Shown here one piece after another: positions 9,084-20,020 of a stretch of DNA of 64,000 nt. The notes beneath the pieces were generated by a model. The model saw only the letters and a list, made by a program, of their open reading frames with translations. It was not told the DNA's origin and searched no databases. Position 1 is the stretch's first letter. Each line of letters starts with the position of its first letter. The translations under genes were made by a program, and so were the position numbers. The stretch spans positions 38,896 through 102,895 of the forward strand of contig CAMYMH010000013.1 in the NCBI GenBank assembly GCA_947259275.1, in the 5' to 3' direction. The stretch comes from an uncultured Acidimicrobiaceae bacterium. Its GTDB lineage: Bacteria; Actinomycetota; Acidimicrobiia; Spongiisociales; SHLN01.

Positions 9084-10486
9084 GATACCAGAGCACTCGC
9101 GGGGGCGCCGGGGATCGCAGCTTTGCCGAGGTGCTGCTCGAAGGGCTGGCCCCCGACGGCGGCCTCTACGTACCCCTCGAGGTTCCGCGGCTGAGCGAGT
9201 CGACCTTGCGGAGCTTCGCCGGCCGGTCGTACGCCGAGGTCGCCACCGAAGTGATGTTTCCCTACGTAACCCCCGACTACGAGCTCGACGAATTCGCCGA
9301 CCTGGTCGGGCGGAGCTATCAGCGATTCGACCATCCAGACGTGGCTCCCCTCAGGGTGCTGAACCAAGCGACCGGCGAGTGGCTGCTCGAGCTGTTCTGG
9401 GGGCCGACTCTCGCCTTCAAAGACGTGGCCCTGCAGCTGCTCGGCGACCTATTCGAGCGTGAGCTGGCCAAGCGCTCGCAAACGGTCACCATCGTCGGGG
9501 CAACCAGCGGTGACACCGGTTCGGCCGCGATTGAGGCCATGCGGGGCCGGGACGGTATCGAGCTGTTCATGCTTCACCCGCGCGGGCGGGTATCCGCAGT
9601 GCAGCGGCTGCAGATGACCACCGTCGACGCTCCCAACATTCACAACCTCGCCATCGAGGGCACCTTCGACGACTGTCAGGACCTCGTCAAGGCGATGTTC
9701 GCCGACACCGGCTTCCGCGCCCGTCATGCCCTGTCGGCCGTGAACTCCATCAACTGGGCCCGGGTGATGGCCCAGACCGTCTATTACGTCACCGCCGCAG
9801 TCCACCTCAGCGCCCCCGCCTCGAGCGTCGCCTTTTCGGTCCCGACCGGCAATTTCGGCAACATCTACGCCGGGCACGTCGCTCGCCGGATGGGTGTGCC
9901 CATCAGCCAGCTGATACTGGCAACCAACGTCAACGACATCTTGAGCCGGGCGTTCGACACCGGGAGTCTCCAGATACACGAGGTCATCCACTCGACGAGC
10001 CCGGCGATGGACATTCAGGTCAGCTCCAACTTCGAGCGGCTGCTTTTTGAGCTGTTCGAACGTGACGGGCGAGTGCTCGCTGCCCTCATGGAACGGTTTC
10101 GCTTCCTCGGTCATGTGGAACTTCCCGAGCCGGTTCTCGAAGCTTTCCGAGAACTGTTCGACGCCGACAGTCTGGATGACGACGGCACCCGCACCGTGAT
10201 CCGGCAGGTGTACGAGCAAGCCGGGTTGGTGGTGGATCCCCACACCGCGGTGGGAGTCGGTGTCGGCCGGGAACTGCGCCAGCACGGCGAGGTCCCGCTG
10301 GTGATGCTTGCCTGTGCCCACCCCGCCAAGTTTCCCGAGACGGTAGAGGCCGCGTTGGGCGAGCGGCCGATCACCCCCAGCCGGATCAGCGCCCTAGCCG
10401 GCCTCCCGGAACGGGTTGAGGCATTGCCAAACGACCTGGAAGCGGTGCAGGCTCTCATCACCGAGCGGGCAGCGGATAACGGGTAA
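9080..10486 (+). CDS. thrC: Threonine synthase (long form)
   Basis: MRYQSTRGG N-terminus, FKD PLP-lysine region (PTLAFKDVALQ), GATSGDTGSA. The GTG start overlaps the hom stop (GTGA). Confidence 0.92.
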   Translation: MRYQSTRGGAGDRSFAEVLLEGLAPDGGLYVPLEVPRLSESTLRSFAGRSYAEVATEVMFPYVTPDYELDEFADLVGRSYQRFDHPDVAPLRVLNQATGEWLLELFWGPTLAFKDVALQLLGDLFERELAKRSQTVTIVGATSGDTGSAAIEAMRGRDGIELFMLHPRGRVSAVQRLQMTTVDAPNIHNLAIEGTFDDCQDLVKAMFADTGFRARHALSAVNSINWARVMAQTVYYVTAAVHLSAPASSVAFSVPTGNFGNIYAGHVARRMGVPISQLILATNVNDILSRAFDTGSLQIHEVIHSTSPAMDIQVSSNFERLLFELFERDGRVLAALMERFRFLGHVELPEPVLEAFRELFDADSLDDDGTRTVIRQVYEQAGLVVDPHTAVGVGVGRELRQHGEVPLVMLACAHPAKFPETVEAALGERPITPSRISALAGLPERVEALPNDLEAVQALITERAADNG

Positions 10487-10686
10487 CGAGTCGCTCAACT
10501 CGGCACGGCCGGCGACCGAAGGAATAGATGACCGACAAGTGTGGTTGGCTCAATTACGTCGAGCCTCTATGATTAGTCTCGGACATTCGGTCCACAGCTC
10601 GACTCCAGCGCTACCGCCGTTGAGCACCCACGTGCATTCACGCTTAGCGCTTGCCCGAATTCTCTCGGCAGCAGCAAAGGAAACCT

Positions 10687-12123
10687 ATGACTACACGAGC
10701 CGAACTCCAGGGCAAGTCCCTCGAAGATCTCCGCACCATCGCTTCGTCGGTGGGCGTCGAGACCGACGGCCTGCAAAAAGCCAAAATCATCGCCGCCATC
10801 CTCAGCTCCGACGAGTTCGAGTTGAGCGAAGAGACGGCCCCCGTTGAGCTCCCTTCCGCTGAGAAGAAGAGCGAAAACAATGGTGGTGGACGTTCTTCCG
10901 ATCGATCCCGCTCCGGCGGTGGATCGAATCGAGATGGCGGACCCCGCAAGCGCAACCGCAAGCGCGGCGGGCGAGACCGCGAGGAGCCGATCGACGAGAG
11001 CGAACTCGAAGTCAGGGAAGGACTGCTTGACATTCTTCCTGAGGGCTACGGGTTCCTGCGCGTCGGCGGCTACCTCCCGGGAGAATCGGACGTATACGTC
11101 CCGGCCAACCAGGTTCGCAAATTCGGGCTGCGGAAGGGCGACCTGATCGAAGGCCCGGTGCGACCGCCCCGGTCGCAGGAGAAGTTCGCAGCACTCGTGC
11201 GGGTGGTCAAGAACAATGGGATGGACCCGGATGACGCCCGCAAGCGGCCCAAGTTTGGGAATCTGACCCCGCTGTTTCCCGACATCCGCCTCCGTCTCGA
11301 GCGAGACGACGACCCAGACGATTCCCTTGCCCGGATCATGGATCTGATCTCTCCCATCGGAAAGGGACAGCGCGGCCTGATCGTCTCGCCTCCCAAGGCA
11401 GGCAAGACCACGGTACTCAAGGAGATCGCCCATTCGCTGGCCGATAACAACCCTGAGTGCCACCTGATGGTCGTGCTGGTAGACGAGCGTCCCGAAGAAG
11501 TCACCGACATGCAGCGGTCGACCAAAGGTGAGGTGGTCTACTCGACCTTCGACCGTCCGGCGGAAGAGCACACCCAGGTATCGGAGCTCGCCCTCGAGCG
11601 CGCCAAGCGACTAGTGGAAATGGGCGGCGACGTTGTCATCCTGCTCGACTCCATCACTCGTCTGGCCAGGGCGCACAACCTCGCCACCCCGGCGTCGGGT
11701 CGAATTCTGTCCGGTGGCGTCGATTCACAGGCCCTGTACCCCCCCAAGCGGTTCTTCGGTGCGGCCCGGAATATTGAGGAGGGTGGAAGCCTTACCATCA
11801 TGGGAACGGCGCTGGTTGAGACCGGTTCCCGGATGGATGAGGTGATTTTCGAGGAGTTCAAGGGCACCGGAAACATGGAAGTGAGGCTCGACCGCAGCCT
11901 GGCAGACAAGCGGATCTACCCCGCCATCGATATCCAGGCCTCCGGCACCCGAAAAGAAGAGTTGCTGTTCGACCCCGAAGAGCTGAAGCAGGTGTGGAAG
12001 CTCCGCCGGGTGTTGCTGGCGCTGGAATCGGCACCCGCCCTCGAACTGCTCATCAATAAGCTAAAGGATTCGAAATCCAACGCCGAGTTCCTCGCTGAGG
12101 TGGCGAAGAGCGGCAACGGTTGA
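10687..12123 (+). CDS. rho: Transcription termination factor Rho with Arg/Gly/Ser-rich N-terminal insertion
   Basis: ATG at 10687 is preceded by aaagga. N-terminal [13 protein letters not shown] (Rho_N), an RG-rich insert ([34 protein letters not shown]), a cold-shock-like domain, Walker A PPKAGKT and the C-terminal RecA-type ATPase. Confidence 0.95.
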   Translation: MTTRAELQGKSLEDLRTIASSVGVETDGLQKAKIIAAILSSDEFELSEETAPVELPSAEKKSENNGGGRSSDRSRSGGGSNRDGGPRKRNRKRGGRDREEPIDESELEVREGLLDILPEGYGFLRVGGYLPGESDVYVPANQVRKFGLRKGDLIEGPVRPPRSQEKFAALVRVVKNNGMDPDDARKRPKFGNLTPLFPDIRLRLERDDDPDDSLARIMDLISPIGKGQRGLIVSPPKAGKTTVLKEIAHSLADNNPECHLMVVLVDERPEEVTDMQRSTKGEVVYSTFDRPAEEHTQVSELALERAKRLVEMGGDVVILLDSITRLARAHNLATPASGRILSGGVDSQALYPPKRFFGAARNIEEGGSLTIMGTALVETGSRMDEVIFEEFKGTGNMEVRLDRSLADKRIYPAIDIQASGTRKEELLFDPEELKQVWKLRRVLLALESAPALELLINKLKDSKSNAEFLAEVAKSGNG

Positions 12124-12139
12124 GAAAAGGACGAAGCCC

Positions 12140-12583
12140 GTGAAGACAGATATCCATCCCGAATACGTCGAGACCACAGTTCATTGCTCGTGCGGCAATG
12201 AGTTCACCACTCATTCGACCCGGGAGACCCTGACTGCCGAGCTGTGCAACGAGTGCCATCCCTTCTACACCGGGCGCCAGAAGCTGGTCGACTCGGGAGG
12301 TCGCGTCGAGCGTTTCCGCAAGCGCACCGAGAAGACGGACACCACTGCGGTTGAGGCCAAGCGCGCCAAGCGGGCCTCTTCGTCAAAGATCAAAGAGGCT
12401 GCCGCCAAACCGAGCTCGGCCGCCAAGGCCGGCGCCTCCAAGCCGATTCGCACCCGTCGTACGCCGAAGGAACTGGCGGCCGAAGCGGCCAAGGCGGAGC
12501 GGCTGGCCAAGGCTAAGGCGGAAGCCGACAAGGCGCCCGTTACCTCAACCGAAGACGCGGCGCCGGCCGACGCCGCGGAGTAA
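12140..12583 (+). CDS. rpmE: Ribosomal protein L31 (Zn-ribbon type) with ~70-aa Lys/Ala-rich C-terminal extension
   Basis: MKTDIHPEY...CSCG...[10 protein letters not shown]...RFRKR is a complete L31 core. The frame then stays open for ~70 further codons rich in K/A/E/S before the stop at 12583. Confidence 0.9.
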   Translation: MKTDIHPEYVETTVHCSCGNEFTTHSTRETLTAELCNECHPFYTGRQKLVDSGGRVERFRKRTEKTDTTAVEAKRAKRASSSKIKEAAAKPSSAAKAGASKPIRTRRTPKELAAEAAKAERLAKAKAEADKAPVTSTEDAAPADAAE

Positions 12584-12587
12584 GCCC

Positions 12588-13622
12588 ATGAGCCGGCCGC
12601 CTGGCTCGACCGTAGGCGGTCAGGCCGTCATCGAAGGGGTAATGATTCGCAGCCCCCAGGCGTGGTCGGTGGCGGTGCGCCGTCCCGATGGGGAGATCGA
12701 GACCCGCCACCATGAGCTGCCGCGTCTGTCCTCACGCTCGCGGCTCGCCCGGGTTCCCTTCGTTCGGGGCGTGCTGGTACTCGGCGAATCACTCAACCTC
12801 GGCTTCCGGGCGCTCACCTGGTCGGCGCAAATCGCTTCGACCGAGGAAGACGCCAAGGAGACGGAACGGCTGACGGAGATCGTCGAGAACGCCAAGGGAC
12901 CCTTGGCCGGCTGGCGCAAGCAGCGGGCCGCCCGGCGACTCGAGCAGGGAAACGAGCTCAGCCGCAAGGACCTCGCCATCGCCATGAGCCTGGCTCTGGT
13001 GTTCTTCATCGGCGTGTTCATGCTGCTCCCGCTGGGCGGTGCCCGGGTGGTCGAGAATCTATTCGGCGGCTCGAACGCATTCGTGTTCAACCTGGCCGAA
13101 GGCATCATCCGGGTCGGCATCCTGGTCGGCTATATCTGGCTGATCGGCCGATCCGGTGAGATCCGCCGGGTCTTCCAATATCACGGGGCGGAGCACAAAT
13201 CGATCTACGCATACGAAGCCGGCGATCCGATGACGGTCGACAACGTCCAGCACTATCAGACGATGCATCCCCGGTGTGGGACTAGCTTCTTGCTGCTGGT
13301 GGTGCTGCTGTCGGTCCTGGTTTTCACGCTGGTGGGGATCTTCGAACCGAACCTCCTGTGGCTCATCACGAGCCGGATCGTGCTCATCCCGGCTATCGCC
13401 GGCCTGTCCTACGAGGTACTCAAGCTGTCCGATGCCAAGCCGTGGCTTCACTTCCTGTCCCGGCCCGGCATCGAGCTGCAACGCCTCACCACCCGTGAGC
13501 CGGAGGATGGTCAGGTGGAGGTCGCCATCGCCAGCCTGCTGGCTGCCATCTCGGGTGAAGCCCGCGACGAGGTGTTCGGGCGCGGGCCGGTGTGCGAGGC
13601 GGCCTGGGGCGCCGTGCAGTGA
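12588..13622 (+). CDS. DUF1385-family membrane protein (commonly linked to prfA/prmC)
   Basis: ATG at 12588, 4 nt after the rpmE stop. [13 protein letters not shown]-terminus, YHGAEHK motif, several hydrophobic segments. The 79-codon upstream extension in the ORF track is an R/P-rich off-frame read of the rpmE tail. Confidence 0.8.
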   Translation: MSRPPGSTVGGQAVIEGVMIRSPQAWSVAVRRPDGEIETRHHELPRLSSRSRLARVPFVRGVLVLGESLNLGFRALTWSAQIASTEEDAKETERLTEIVENAKGPLAGWRKQRAARRLEQGNELSRKDLAIAMSLALVFFIGVFMLLPLGGARVVENLFGGSNAFVFNLAEGIIRVGILVGYIWLIGRSGEIRRVFQYHGAEHKSIYAYEAGDPMTVDNVQHYQTMHPRCGTSFLLLVVLLSVLVFTLVGIFEPNLLWLITSRIVLIPAIAGLSYEVLKLSDAKPWLHFLSRPGIELQRLTTREPEDGQVEVAIASLLAAISGEARDEVFGRGPVCEAAWGAVQ

Positions 13623-14707
13623 TCGATGACCAACTCGTCACCAAGATGGCCGAGGTCGAGGCTTCCTATCAACAGGCTCTGACCGAGATGGCCGACCCGG
13701 AGGTGGCAGGCGACCAGCTCCGATATACGGAAGTGGCCAAGCACCATGCCGAGCTGAAGCCGGTGGTCGACACCTACCACGCCTATCAAGCAGCCAAACA
13801 AGAAGCCGACGAGGCTCGCGAGCTCGCCAAGACCGAAACGGACGATGAGATGCTCGGGTACTTTCGCCAGCAGGCAGAGTCCAAGGATCTCGAAGCTGCC
13901 GACCTGGTCGAAAAGCTGCAGTTGCTGCTGGTGCCGAAGGATCCAAACGACGACAAGGACGTAATCATCGAGGTCCGGGCCGCGGCCGGGGGAGACGAGG
14001 CGGCGCTGTGGGCCGGAGACCTCACCCGCATGTATCAGCGGTACGCCGAGAACCACGGTTGGAAAGCTGAGGCGCTCGCAGTGTCCGAGGCTGAGGGAGG
14101 TGGTTACAAGGAAATCACGTTCGCCGTCAAGGGCACCGGCGCCTACTCGCGGCTCAAATTCGAGGCAGGCGTTCACCGGGTGCAACGGGTCCCAAAGACC
14201 GAGTCGCAAGGCCGGATCCATACCTCGACCGCCAGCGTGGCGGTGCTGCCCGAGGCGGAGGAGGTCGAGGTCGAACTCGATCCCAACGACGTCAAAGTCG
14301 ACACCTTCCGTTCGAGCGGGCCGGGAGGCCAGTCGGTCAACACCACCGACTCGGCGATTCGTCTCACCCACCTCCCCACCGGTCTGAAGGTCTCATGTCA
14401 GGATGAGAAGAGCCAGTTGCAGAACAAAGAGAAGGCGTTTCGCATCCTCCGGGCCCGTCTCTACCAGATCCAGTTGGAAGCCCAGCAGGCCAAGTTGTCG
14501 GCCAACCGGCGCCAGCAGGTCGGAACCGGTGACCGCTCGGAGAAAATCCGAACCTACAACTTCAAGGAAAACCGGGTGACCGACCATCGCATCGGGCTCA
14601 CTCTCAGCCAGCTGCCGACCATTCTCGAAGGCGACATCGATGCGTTCGTCGATGCCCTCACCCTCGATCACCAGGCCCGGTTGCTCACCGGCGCAGACGA
14701 GACGTGA
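13619..14707 (+). CDS. prfA: Peptide chain release factor 1
   Basis: GGQ motif ([19 protein letters not shown]) and PAT-type RF1 region. The likely GTG start at 13619 overlaps the upstream stop (GTGA). The ATG at 13592 is the alternative. Confidence 0.93.
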   Translation: MIDDQLVTKMAEVEASYQQALTEMADPEVAGDQLRYTEVAKHHAELKPVVDTYHAYQAAKQEADEARELAKTETDDEMLGYFRQQAESKDLEAADLVEKLQLLLVPKDPNDDKDVIIEVRAAAGGDEAALWAGDLTRMYQRYAENHGWKAEALAVSEAEGGGYKEITFAVKGTGAYSRLKFEAGVHRVQRVPKTESQGRIHTSTASVAVLPEAEEVEVELDPNDVKVDTFRSSGPGGQSVNTTDSAIRLTHLPTGLKVSCQDEKSQLQNKEKAFRILRARLYQIQLEAQQAKLSANRRQQVGTGDRSEKIRTYNFKENRVTDHRIGLTLSQLPTILEGDIDAFVDALTLDHQARLLTGADET

Positions 14708-15486
14708 GGGCATCGGAGACGGGCTTGCCCGAGCATGAGGCTCGGCGGTTGCTCCAACTGGTAACCGGCCTCGACGCGGCCGGGGTGGCTCTGCTCGATG
14801 GCCTCGAGCGCGATCAGGAGGTCCGCTTCGAACAACTGGTTGAACGCCGTCTCAGTGGTGAGCCGCTCCAGTATCTCGAAGGCACCGTGCAGTTCGGCCC
14901 GGTGGAACTGAAGGTCGATCGGCGGGTCCTCATTCCCAGACCCGAGACCGAAATTCTCTGGGAGCGGGCGGTGGAAGCTCTGCGGGAAGCCGACGAGCAA
15001 ACGGTGATCGTGGACCTGGGTACCGGGAGCGGAGCGCTCGCCCTGGCACTCAAGCACTCATTTCCGGCCGCCCGCGTCTACGCCACCGACATCGATCCGG
15101 ACGCTCTGACGCTGGCGCGTGAGAACACTGAGAGTGCCGGCGTGACGGTGCTCGCCGGCGACCTGTTCGACGCCCTCCCCTCGGGTATCAGAGGTGACAT
15201 CGATCTGCTCGTTTCCAACCCGCCCTATGTGGCCGATGAGGCCGACCTCCCCGCCGAAGTCCGGGAGCACGAGCCGCCGACGGCATTGTTGGCGGGCCCG
15301 CAGGGTGACGAGGTGCTGGTTCGTATCGCCGAACAGGCCTACCACTGGGTCAAGCCGGGCGGCTGGGTGTTCCTGGAGATCGCCGAAACCCAGGCAAGGC
15401 GAGCACTGGCACTGTTCGCGGAATTCGAATGCGCCATTCACCGGGATCTGACCGGGCGACCACGAGTTCTAGCAGGGCATCGCTGA
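14704..15486 (+). CDS. prmC: Release-factor glutamine N5-methyltransferase
   Basis: SAM motif [11 protein letters not shown] and NPPY motif (LLVSNPPYV). The start overlaps the prfA stop. Confidence 0.9.
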   Translation: MRASETGLPEHEARRLLQLVTGLDAAGVALLDGLERDQEVRFEQLVERRLSGEPLQYLEGTVQFGPVELKVDRRVLIPRPETEILWERAVEALREADEQTVIVDLGTGSGALALALKHSFPAARVYATDIDPDALTLARENTESAGVTVLAGDLFDALPSGIRGDIDLLVSNPPYVADEADLPAEVREHEPPTALLAGPQGDEVLVRIAEQAYHWVKPGGWVFLEIAETQARRALALFAEFECAIHRDLTGRPRVLAGHR

Positions 15487-15561
15487 GCCAAAAGCGGGCG
15501 GTGCGAAAGTAAGTAGAATGACGGTGTGTAAGGGTATTCGTGCTAGATTCGCGCAGTAAGT

Positions 15562-15597
15562 GGAAACGCTCTAAGGAGCTGGAAACACTCTAAGGAG
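15562..15597 (+). repeat. Tandem 17-mer (19-nt period) GGAAAC(G/A)CTCTAAGGAG x2 in AT-rich leader of the glycan locus
   Basis: ggaaacgctctaaggag-ct-ggaaacactctaaggag. The surrounding 15500-15600 is visibly AT-richer than the flanks and contains tagaat and tagatt hexamers. Confidence 0.85.
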
Positions 15598-15670
15598 TAA
15601 GGGCCGACCACTGTGCGGGGGAGAAGGGTGCGTCGCTGCGCACCGAGGCTCATACGAAGGCGGAGACGGG

Positions 15671-16435
15671 ATGTTAGGTAACAGGGAGGCGCGAGTTCCC
15701 GCGCGTTCGGGCGCGGGGAGTTTCAACCTCTCGAGCGACCGGCTACGGCCGGCGAAACGGCGCCTTCCGGATGAGCTCCGGGCATGGACCAAGCGCTTGC
15801 TCGATATCAGCATCAGTCTGATCCTGCTGATTGTGGTTTCCCCCATGCTGTTTGCTATTGCCATCGCGTTGAAAGTCGACAGCCCCGGGCCGGTCATCTT
15901 CGTCCAAGAGCGGGTGGGATCTCGCCGGGTGGTCCGGCGAGGACGAGTCTGGTGGGAATTGCGGACCTTCAACTGTTACAAGTTCCGGTCGATGTTTTCG
16001 GATACCGACGAAACCGCCCACCGGCGGTTCATCAAAGAGTTTGTCGACGGAAGCATCGACACCGGTGCCACCGAGATGTCGGCCTTCAAGCTGACCGGAG
16101 ACGACCGGGTGACACGAGTTGGGCGGTTCCTGCGCCGGATGAGCCTCGACGAGCTGCCCCAGCTGGCCAATGTTCTCAAGGGAGACATGAGCCTTGTCGG
16201 ACCGCGGCCGGTGCCGGTGTATGAAGTCGCCGAGTACGAGTCGTGGCACTACGAACGGCTGGCCGCCCGGCCCGGCCTCACAGGAACCTGGCAGGTGTAC
16301 GGCCGGGGGCGGGTCAGTTTCACCGAGATGATGCGGATGGACATCGAGTACGTTCGACGGCCCTCGCTGGGTGCCGACCTGAAGCTGCTGGCGGCCACCC
16401 TGCCGGCAGTGTTGGCCGGAAAGGGAGCGCACTAG
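15671..16435 (+). CDS. Initiating sugar transferase (polyprenyl-phosphate hexose/HexNAc-1-phosphate transferase, Bac_transf family)
   Basis: [64 protein letters not shown]. Confidence 0.9.
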   Translation: MLGNREARVPARSGAGSFNLSSDRLRPAKRRLPDELRAWTKRLLDISISLILLIVVSPMLFAIAIALKVDSPGPVIFVQERVGSRRVVRRGRVWWELRTFNCYKFRSMFSDTDETAHRRFIKEFVDGSIDTGATEMSAFKLTGDDRVTRVGRFLRRMSLDELPQLANVLKGDMSLVGPRPVPVYEVAEYESWHYERLAARPGLTGTWQVYGRGRVSFTEMMRMDIEYVRRPSLGADLKLLAATLPAVLAGKGAH

Positions 16436-16437
16436 CC

Positions 16438-17529
16438 GTGAATCTGGATATAGAGCAGGACGAGGGCGGCGCTCTCGAGACGGCTTCGTACGGAGTGGCA
16501 GTCATCGGCTGTGGGTATTGGGGCGTCAATTACCTGCGGGTGCTGAACGAGCTGGCAGACGTCGCGTCCGTGACGGCCTGCGACGATGACCCGGTTCGCC
16601 TCAAAGCCGTTAGCGAGCGATTCAAGGGCATCGAGACCAACGGCGACCTGAAAGAGGTGCTGGCCTCGCCTTCGATCGATGCCGTCGTCATCTGCACGCC
16701 GGCAGGCTCTCATTACGAACTGGCCAGACGCTGCATCGAAGCCGGCAAGCATCTCCTCGTTGAGAAGCCGATCACCACCCGGGCGGTGGAGGCGGAGGCC
16801 CTCATCGAGCTGGCCGACGAAGCTGAAGTGACGCTGGCGGTTGGTCACACGTTCCTATACAACCCGGGAATTCAGAAGGTCAAGGCCTACGTGACCAATG
16901 GAGACCTCGGAACCATGTACTACATGTACTCGCGCCGCACCAATCTCGGCCCCATCCGCCATGACGTGAATGCGCTGTGGGATCTGGCCCCCCACGATAT
17001 CTCGATCTTCAACTACCTTCTCGAGGCCCAGCCGGCCTGGGTGAGCGCAGTCGGCCGGACGGTGCTTCGGGAAACCAACGAGGACTTCGGCTTCGTGTCA
17101 ATCGGCTATGAAGGCGGCGTGGTGGCGCACATCCACGTCAGCTGGGCCGATCCGAACAAGGTGCGCGAGATCGTCGTGGTGGGAAGCGAGCAGCGAGTCG
17201 TATTCGACGACATCAAGACCTCCGAGCAGGTGAGGGTGTACGAGAAAGGGGTGACTCCGGACACCTCAGAGCTCTCCACTTACGGGGAGTTGCGTTTCTC
17301 GATTCGGGATGGTGACATCATCAGCCCCAAGCTGGATATCAGCGAGCCGCTCAAGAATCAGACTCGGGACTTCCTGGAATCGATTGCTGCCGGTCGACGG
17401 CCGATCTCAGACGGCCGCGCCGGGCTCGAGGTGGTGCAAGTGATGGAAGCCATCGACCGTTCCATCCGGCTCGATGGGACGCCGGTGCCGGTCGGCTCGC
17501 CGCCGTCCTCCCGCTCGAAGGCCAGCTAG
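16438..17529 (+). CDS. Gfo/Idh/MocA-family NAD-dependent sugar-nucleotide dehydrogenase (WbpB/GnnA-like)
   Basis: GTG at 16438, 2 nt after the upstream stop. VAVIGCGYWG Rossmann motif and EKP motif (LLVEKPIT). The upstream 65 codons in the track overlap the sugar transferase. Confidence 0.8.
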   Translation: MNLDIEQDEGGALETASYGVAVIGCGYWGVNYLRVLNELADVASVTACDDDPVRLKAVSERFKGIETNGDLKEVLASPSIDAVVICTPAGSHYELARRCIEAGKHLLVEKPITTRAVEAEALIELADEAEVTLAVGHTFLYNPGIQKVKAYVTNGDLGTMYYMYSRRTNLGPIRHDVNALWDLAPHDISIFNYLLEAQPAWVSAVGRTVLRETNEDFGFVSIGYEGGVVAHIHVSWADPNKVREIVVVGSEQRVVFDDIKTSEQVRVYEKGVTPDTSELSTYGELRFSIRDGDIISPKLDISEPLKNQTRDFLESIAAGRRPISDGRAGLEVVQVMEAIDRSIRLDGTPVPVGSPPSSRSKAS

Positions 17530-17531
17530 CC

Positions 17532-18698
17532 GTGCCGCAGAGCAAGGCCGGGGAGCCGGTTCCGTTCGTAGACCTTGGTGCCCAGTTGAAGGGGATCCGT
17601 CCCGAGATCGACGAGGCAATTGCCGGAGTGCTGGAGCGCGGCGACTACATCCTGGGTGAAAGCGTCGAGTTGTTCGAGCAGGAGTTCGCCGCCTATTGCC
17701 AAAGCCGGTTCGCGGTCGGGGTCGACTCAGGCACGTCTGGCCTCGAGCTGGCGTTGGCCGCCTTTGACATCGGAGCTGGTGACGAGGTCATCACCGCCGC
17801 CAATACCTTCATTGCCACTGCGCTTGCGATTAGTCACGTGGGGGCGGTTCCGGTGCTGGTTGATATCGATCCGGGGACCTTCGTGATGGACGTTGCCCAG
17901 GTCGAATCAGTCATCACTCCGGCGACCCGGGCCATCATGCCGGTCCACCTGTACGGATACCCGGTCGATCTCGAGCCTCTCATGGAACTTGCCGACCGCC
18001 GCGGGCTGGTCGTGATCGAAGATGCTTCTCAGGCCCACGGGGCCAGGTACCACGGCAGGCGAGTGGGAGGGTTCGGACACGCGGCGGTGTTCAGTTTGTA
18101 TCCGGCCAAGAACCTGGGGGCCTTCGGCGATGCCGGAGTGATCGTCACGAACGATCCCAGTATCGATCAGGCGCTTCGGCTGGCCCGCAACTACGGGTCG
18201 CTGGTCAAGTACCACCACCTGACCAAGGGCCGCAATCGGAGGCTCGACACGTTGCAGGCGGCCATTCTGCGCGTCAAGTTGCCCCACCTGGACGCCTGGA
18301 ACCAGGCGAGACGGGCAAACGCCGCGGCCTACGATCAGTTGCTGGACGCCTCGCGGGCGGTCATCCCGCCGCCCCGGGCCGCCGAGGGCGTTGAGCCCGT
18401 CTATCACCTCTACGTGGTCCGTAGCCCCGATCGCGATGGGCTGGCCCGGCACCTGCGCGATGACGGAATCTCCACAGTGATCCACTATCCCGTCCCGATT
18501 CATCTCCAGGCCGCCTACGCGGATCTCGGGCATGGCGAAGGCGACTTCCCGCTCACCGAGGGGTACGCTCGGGAGGTGCTGTCCTTGCCCATGTACCCGG
18601 AGCTGGCGGCCGGCGCCATCGAACGGGTGGTCGCCTCGATCGAACGCTTCGCGCCGGCCGGACGCCTCGCCTCCGAATCCATATGGGCGGGAACATGA
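17532..18698 (+). CDS. DegT/DnrJ/EryC1/StrS-family sugar aminotransferase
   Basis: ILGESVELFEQEFAAYC, DSGTSGLELAL, FSLYPAKNLGAFGDAG (PLP lysine region). Confidence 0.9.
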   Translation: MPQSKAGEPVPFVDLGAQLKGIRPEIDEAIAGVLERGDYILGESVELFEQEFAAYCQSRFAVGVDSGTSGLELALAAFDIGAGDEVITAANTFIATALAISHVGAVPVLVDIDPGTFVMDVAQVESVITPATRAIMPVHLYGYPVDLEPLMELADRRGLVVIEDASQAHGARYHGRRVGGFGHAAVFSLYPAKNLGAFGDAGVIVTNDPSIDQALRLARNYGSLVKYHHLTKGRNRRLDTLQAAILRVKLPHLDAWNQARRANAAAYDQLLDASRAVIPPPRAAEGVEPVYHLYVVRSPDRDGLARHLRDDGISTVIHYPVPIHLQAAYADLGHGEGDFPLTEGYAREVLSLPMYPELAAGAIERVVASIERFAPAGRLASESIWAGT

Positions 18699-19996
18699 CG
18701 CCCTCCGGCCCCGATGCCACCGGGCGACGGGCCGCCTCCTTGCGCGTTGCCTACGTCCTCCACCGCTTTCCCAACATCACCGAGACTTTCATCGCTCGCG
18801 AGATGTACTGGCTTAGCCAGCACGGCGTCGACGTGAGCATCTTCTCATTGATGCGTCAGAAGCACCCGGCATCCTCCGAAGAGGCGCAATCCCTCCAGGG
18901 GCGGGCTTACTACAGTCGGATGTTTTCGTGGCGAGTCTTGAAAGCCCAGGTCCGCTTCCTACGACGCAAGCCGATTGCCTACTTTCGAGCCCTTGCCCGG
19001 GTCGTGTGGCAAAGCTATCGAGAGCCCAAGGTGATGGCCTTGGCCTTGGCGCTATTCCCCAAGAGTGTGCTGTTTGCCGGCATGATGCAGGACGGGAAGA
19101 TCCAGCATGTTCACGCCAACTTCGTCTGGCTGGAGGGATTGGCCGCCGGGGTGGTACACGATCTCGTCGGAACGACTTTCACCTTACATCCGCACGCGTT
19201 CGGGCTGTTCGGGCGAAACCAGACGAACGTGCGCAAACAACTCGCCAATGCAACCCACGTGGTGACCGTCTCGGAATATCACCGAGAATACATATCCAAT
19301 CTGTGCCCCACTCTTGCACCGTCAGATGTCTCAGTGGTGCACTACGGGGTCGAGACGAGCCGAATCATGCCCGGCGCCGGACGGACCGCGGCGGACCCTC
19401 CCCGTATCCTCTCCGTCGGCAGGGCCGTGGAAAAGAAGGGTCACGAGTACCTCATCGACGCCTGCGCTCTTGTGCGTGGTCGTGGCCTGGCGTTCGTGTG
19501 CGACATCGTGCTCGGCGGGGAGCACGGACGGCAAGCCATGCAGGAACGGATCGACGGCCATGGGCTGAGCTCCGTGGTTCATCTGCTGGGGGCCCACGAT
19601 CAGGACGAACTGCTCGGGCGCTACCAGAACGCCGACATCTTCGCGCTCGCCTGCGTCATCGCCGAAGACGGGGACCGCGACGGCATGCCGAACGCCCTCA
19701 TCGAGGCGATGGCATGCGAGCTACCAGTAGTGACCACCACAGTCGCCGGCATTCCCGAGCTCGTCCAGGATGGAGAGTCGGGCTTCTTAGTGCCCGAGCG
19801 GGATGCGGAGGCGCTCGGCCACGCGCTCGAGCGACTCTTGACCGATGGCGAGCTCCGAGTCCGGCTCGGTACGCGAGGCCGTCAGGTGATCCAGGCGGGA
19901 TTCGAGGCCGAGAGCATCGCCGGCGAGGTCGCGGCAGTCTTCTACCGACTTGCCGACGCTTCCGCCGAGGAAGGCCGCCCGTCCGATGTGCGCTAA
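18695..19996 (+). CDS. Glycosyltransferase family 4 (WcaL-like)
   Basis: The ATG at 18695 overlaps the upstream stop (ATGA). C-terminal EDGDRDGMPNALIEAMACELPVVTT...ESGFLV (E-x7-E region). Confidence 0.85.
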   Translation: MTPSGPDATGRRAASLRVAYVLHRFPNITETFIAREMYWLSQHGVDVSIFSLMRQKHPASSEEAQSLQGRAYYSRMFSWRVLKAQVRFLRRKPIAYFRALARVVWQSYREPKVMALALALFPKSVLFAGMMQDGKIQHVHANFVWLEGLAAGVVHDLVGTTFTLHPHAFGLFGRNQTNVRKQLANATHVVTVSEYHREYISNLCPTLAPSDVSVVHYGVETSRIMPGAGRTAADPPRILSVGRAVEKKGHEYLIDACALVRGRGLAFVCDIVLGGEHGRQAMQERIDGHGLSSVVHLLGAHDQDELLGRYQNADIFALACVIAEDGDRDGMPNALIEAMACELPVVTTTVAGIPELVQDGESGFLVPERDAEALGHALERLLTDGELRVRLGTRGRQVIQAGFEAESIAGEVAAVFYRLADASAEEGRPSDVR

Positions 19997-20020
19997 TAAA
20001 CCGATCATCGGTCGCCGGGG

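Noticed and set aside
10860-11000. The Arg/Gly/Ser-rich insertion in Rho as a novelty.
   Set aside because: Such hydrophilic N-terminal insertions are a known feature of actinobacterial Rho proteins. It is recorded in the feature evidence only.
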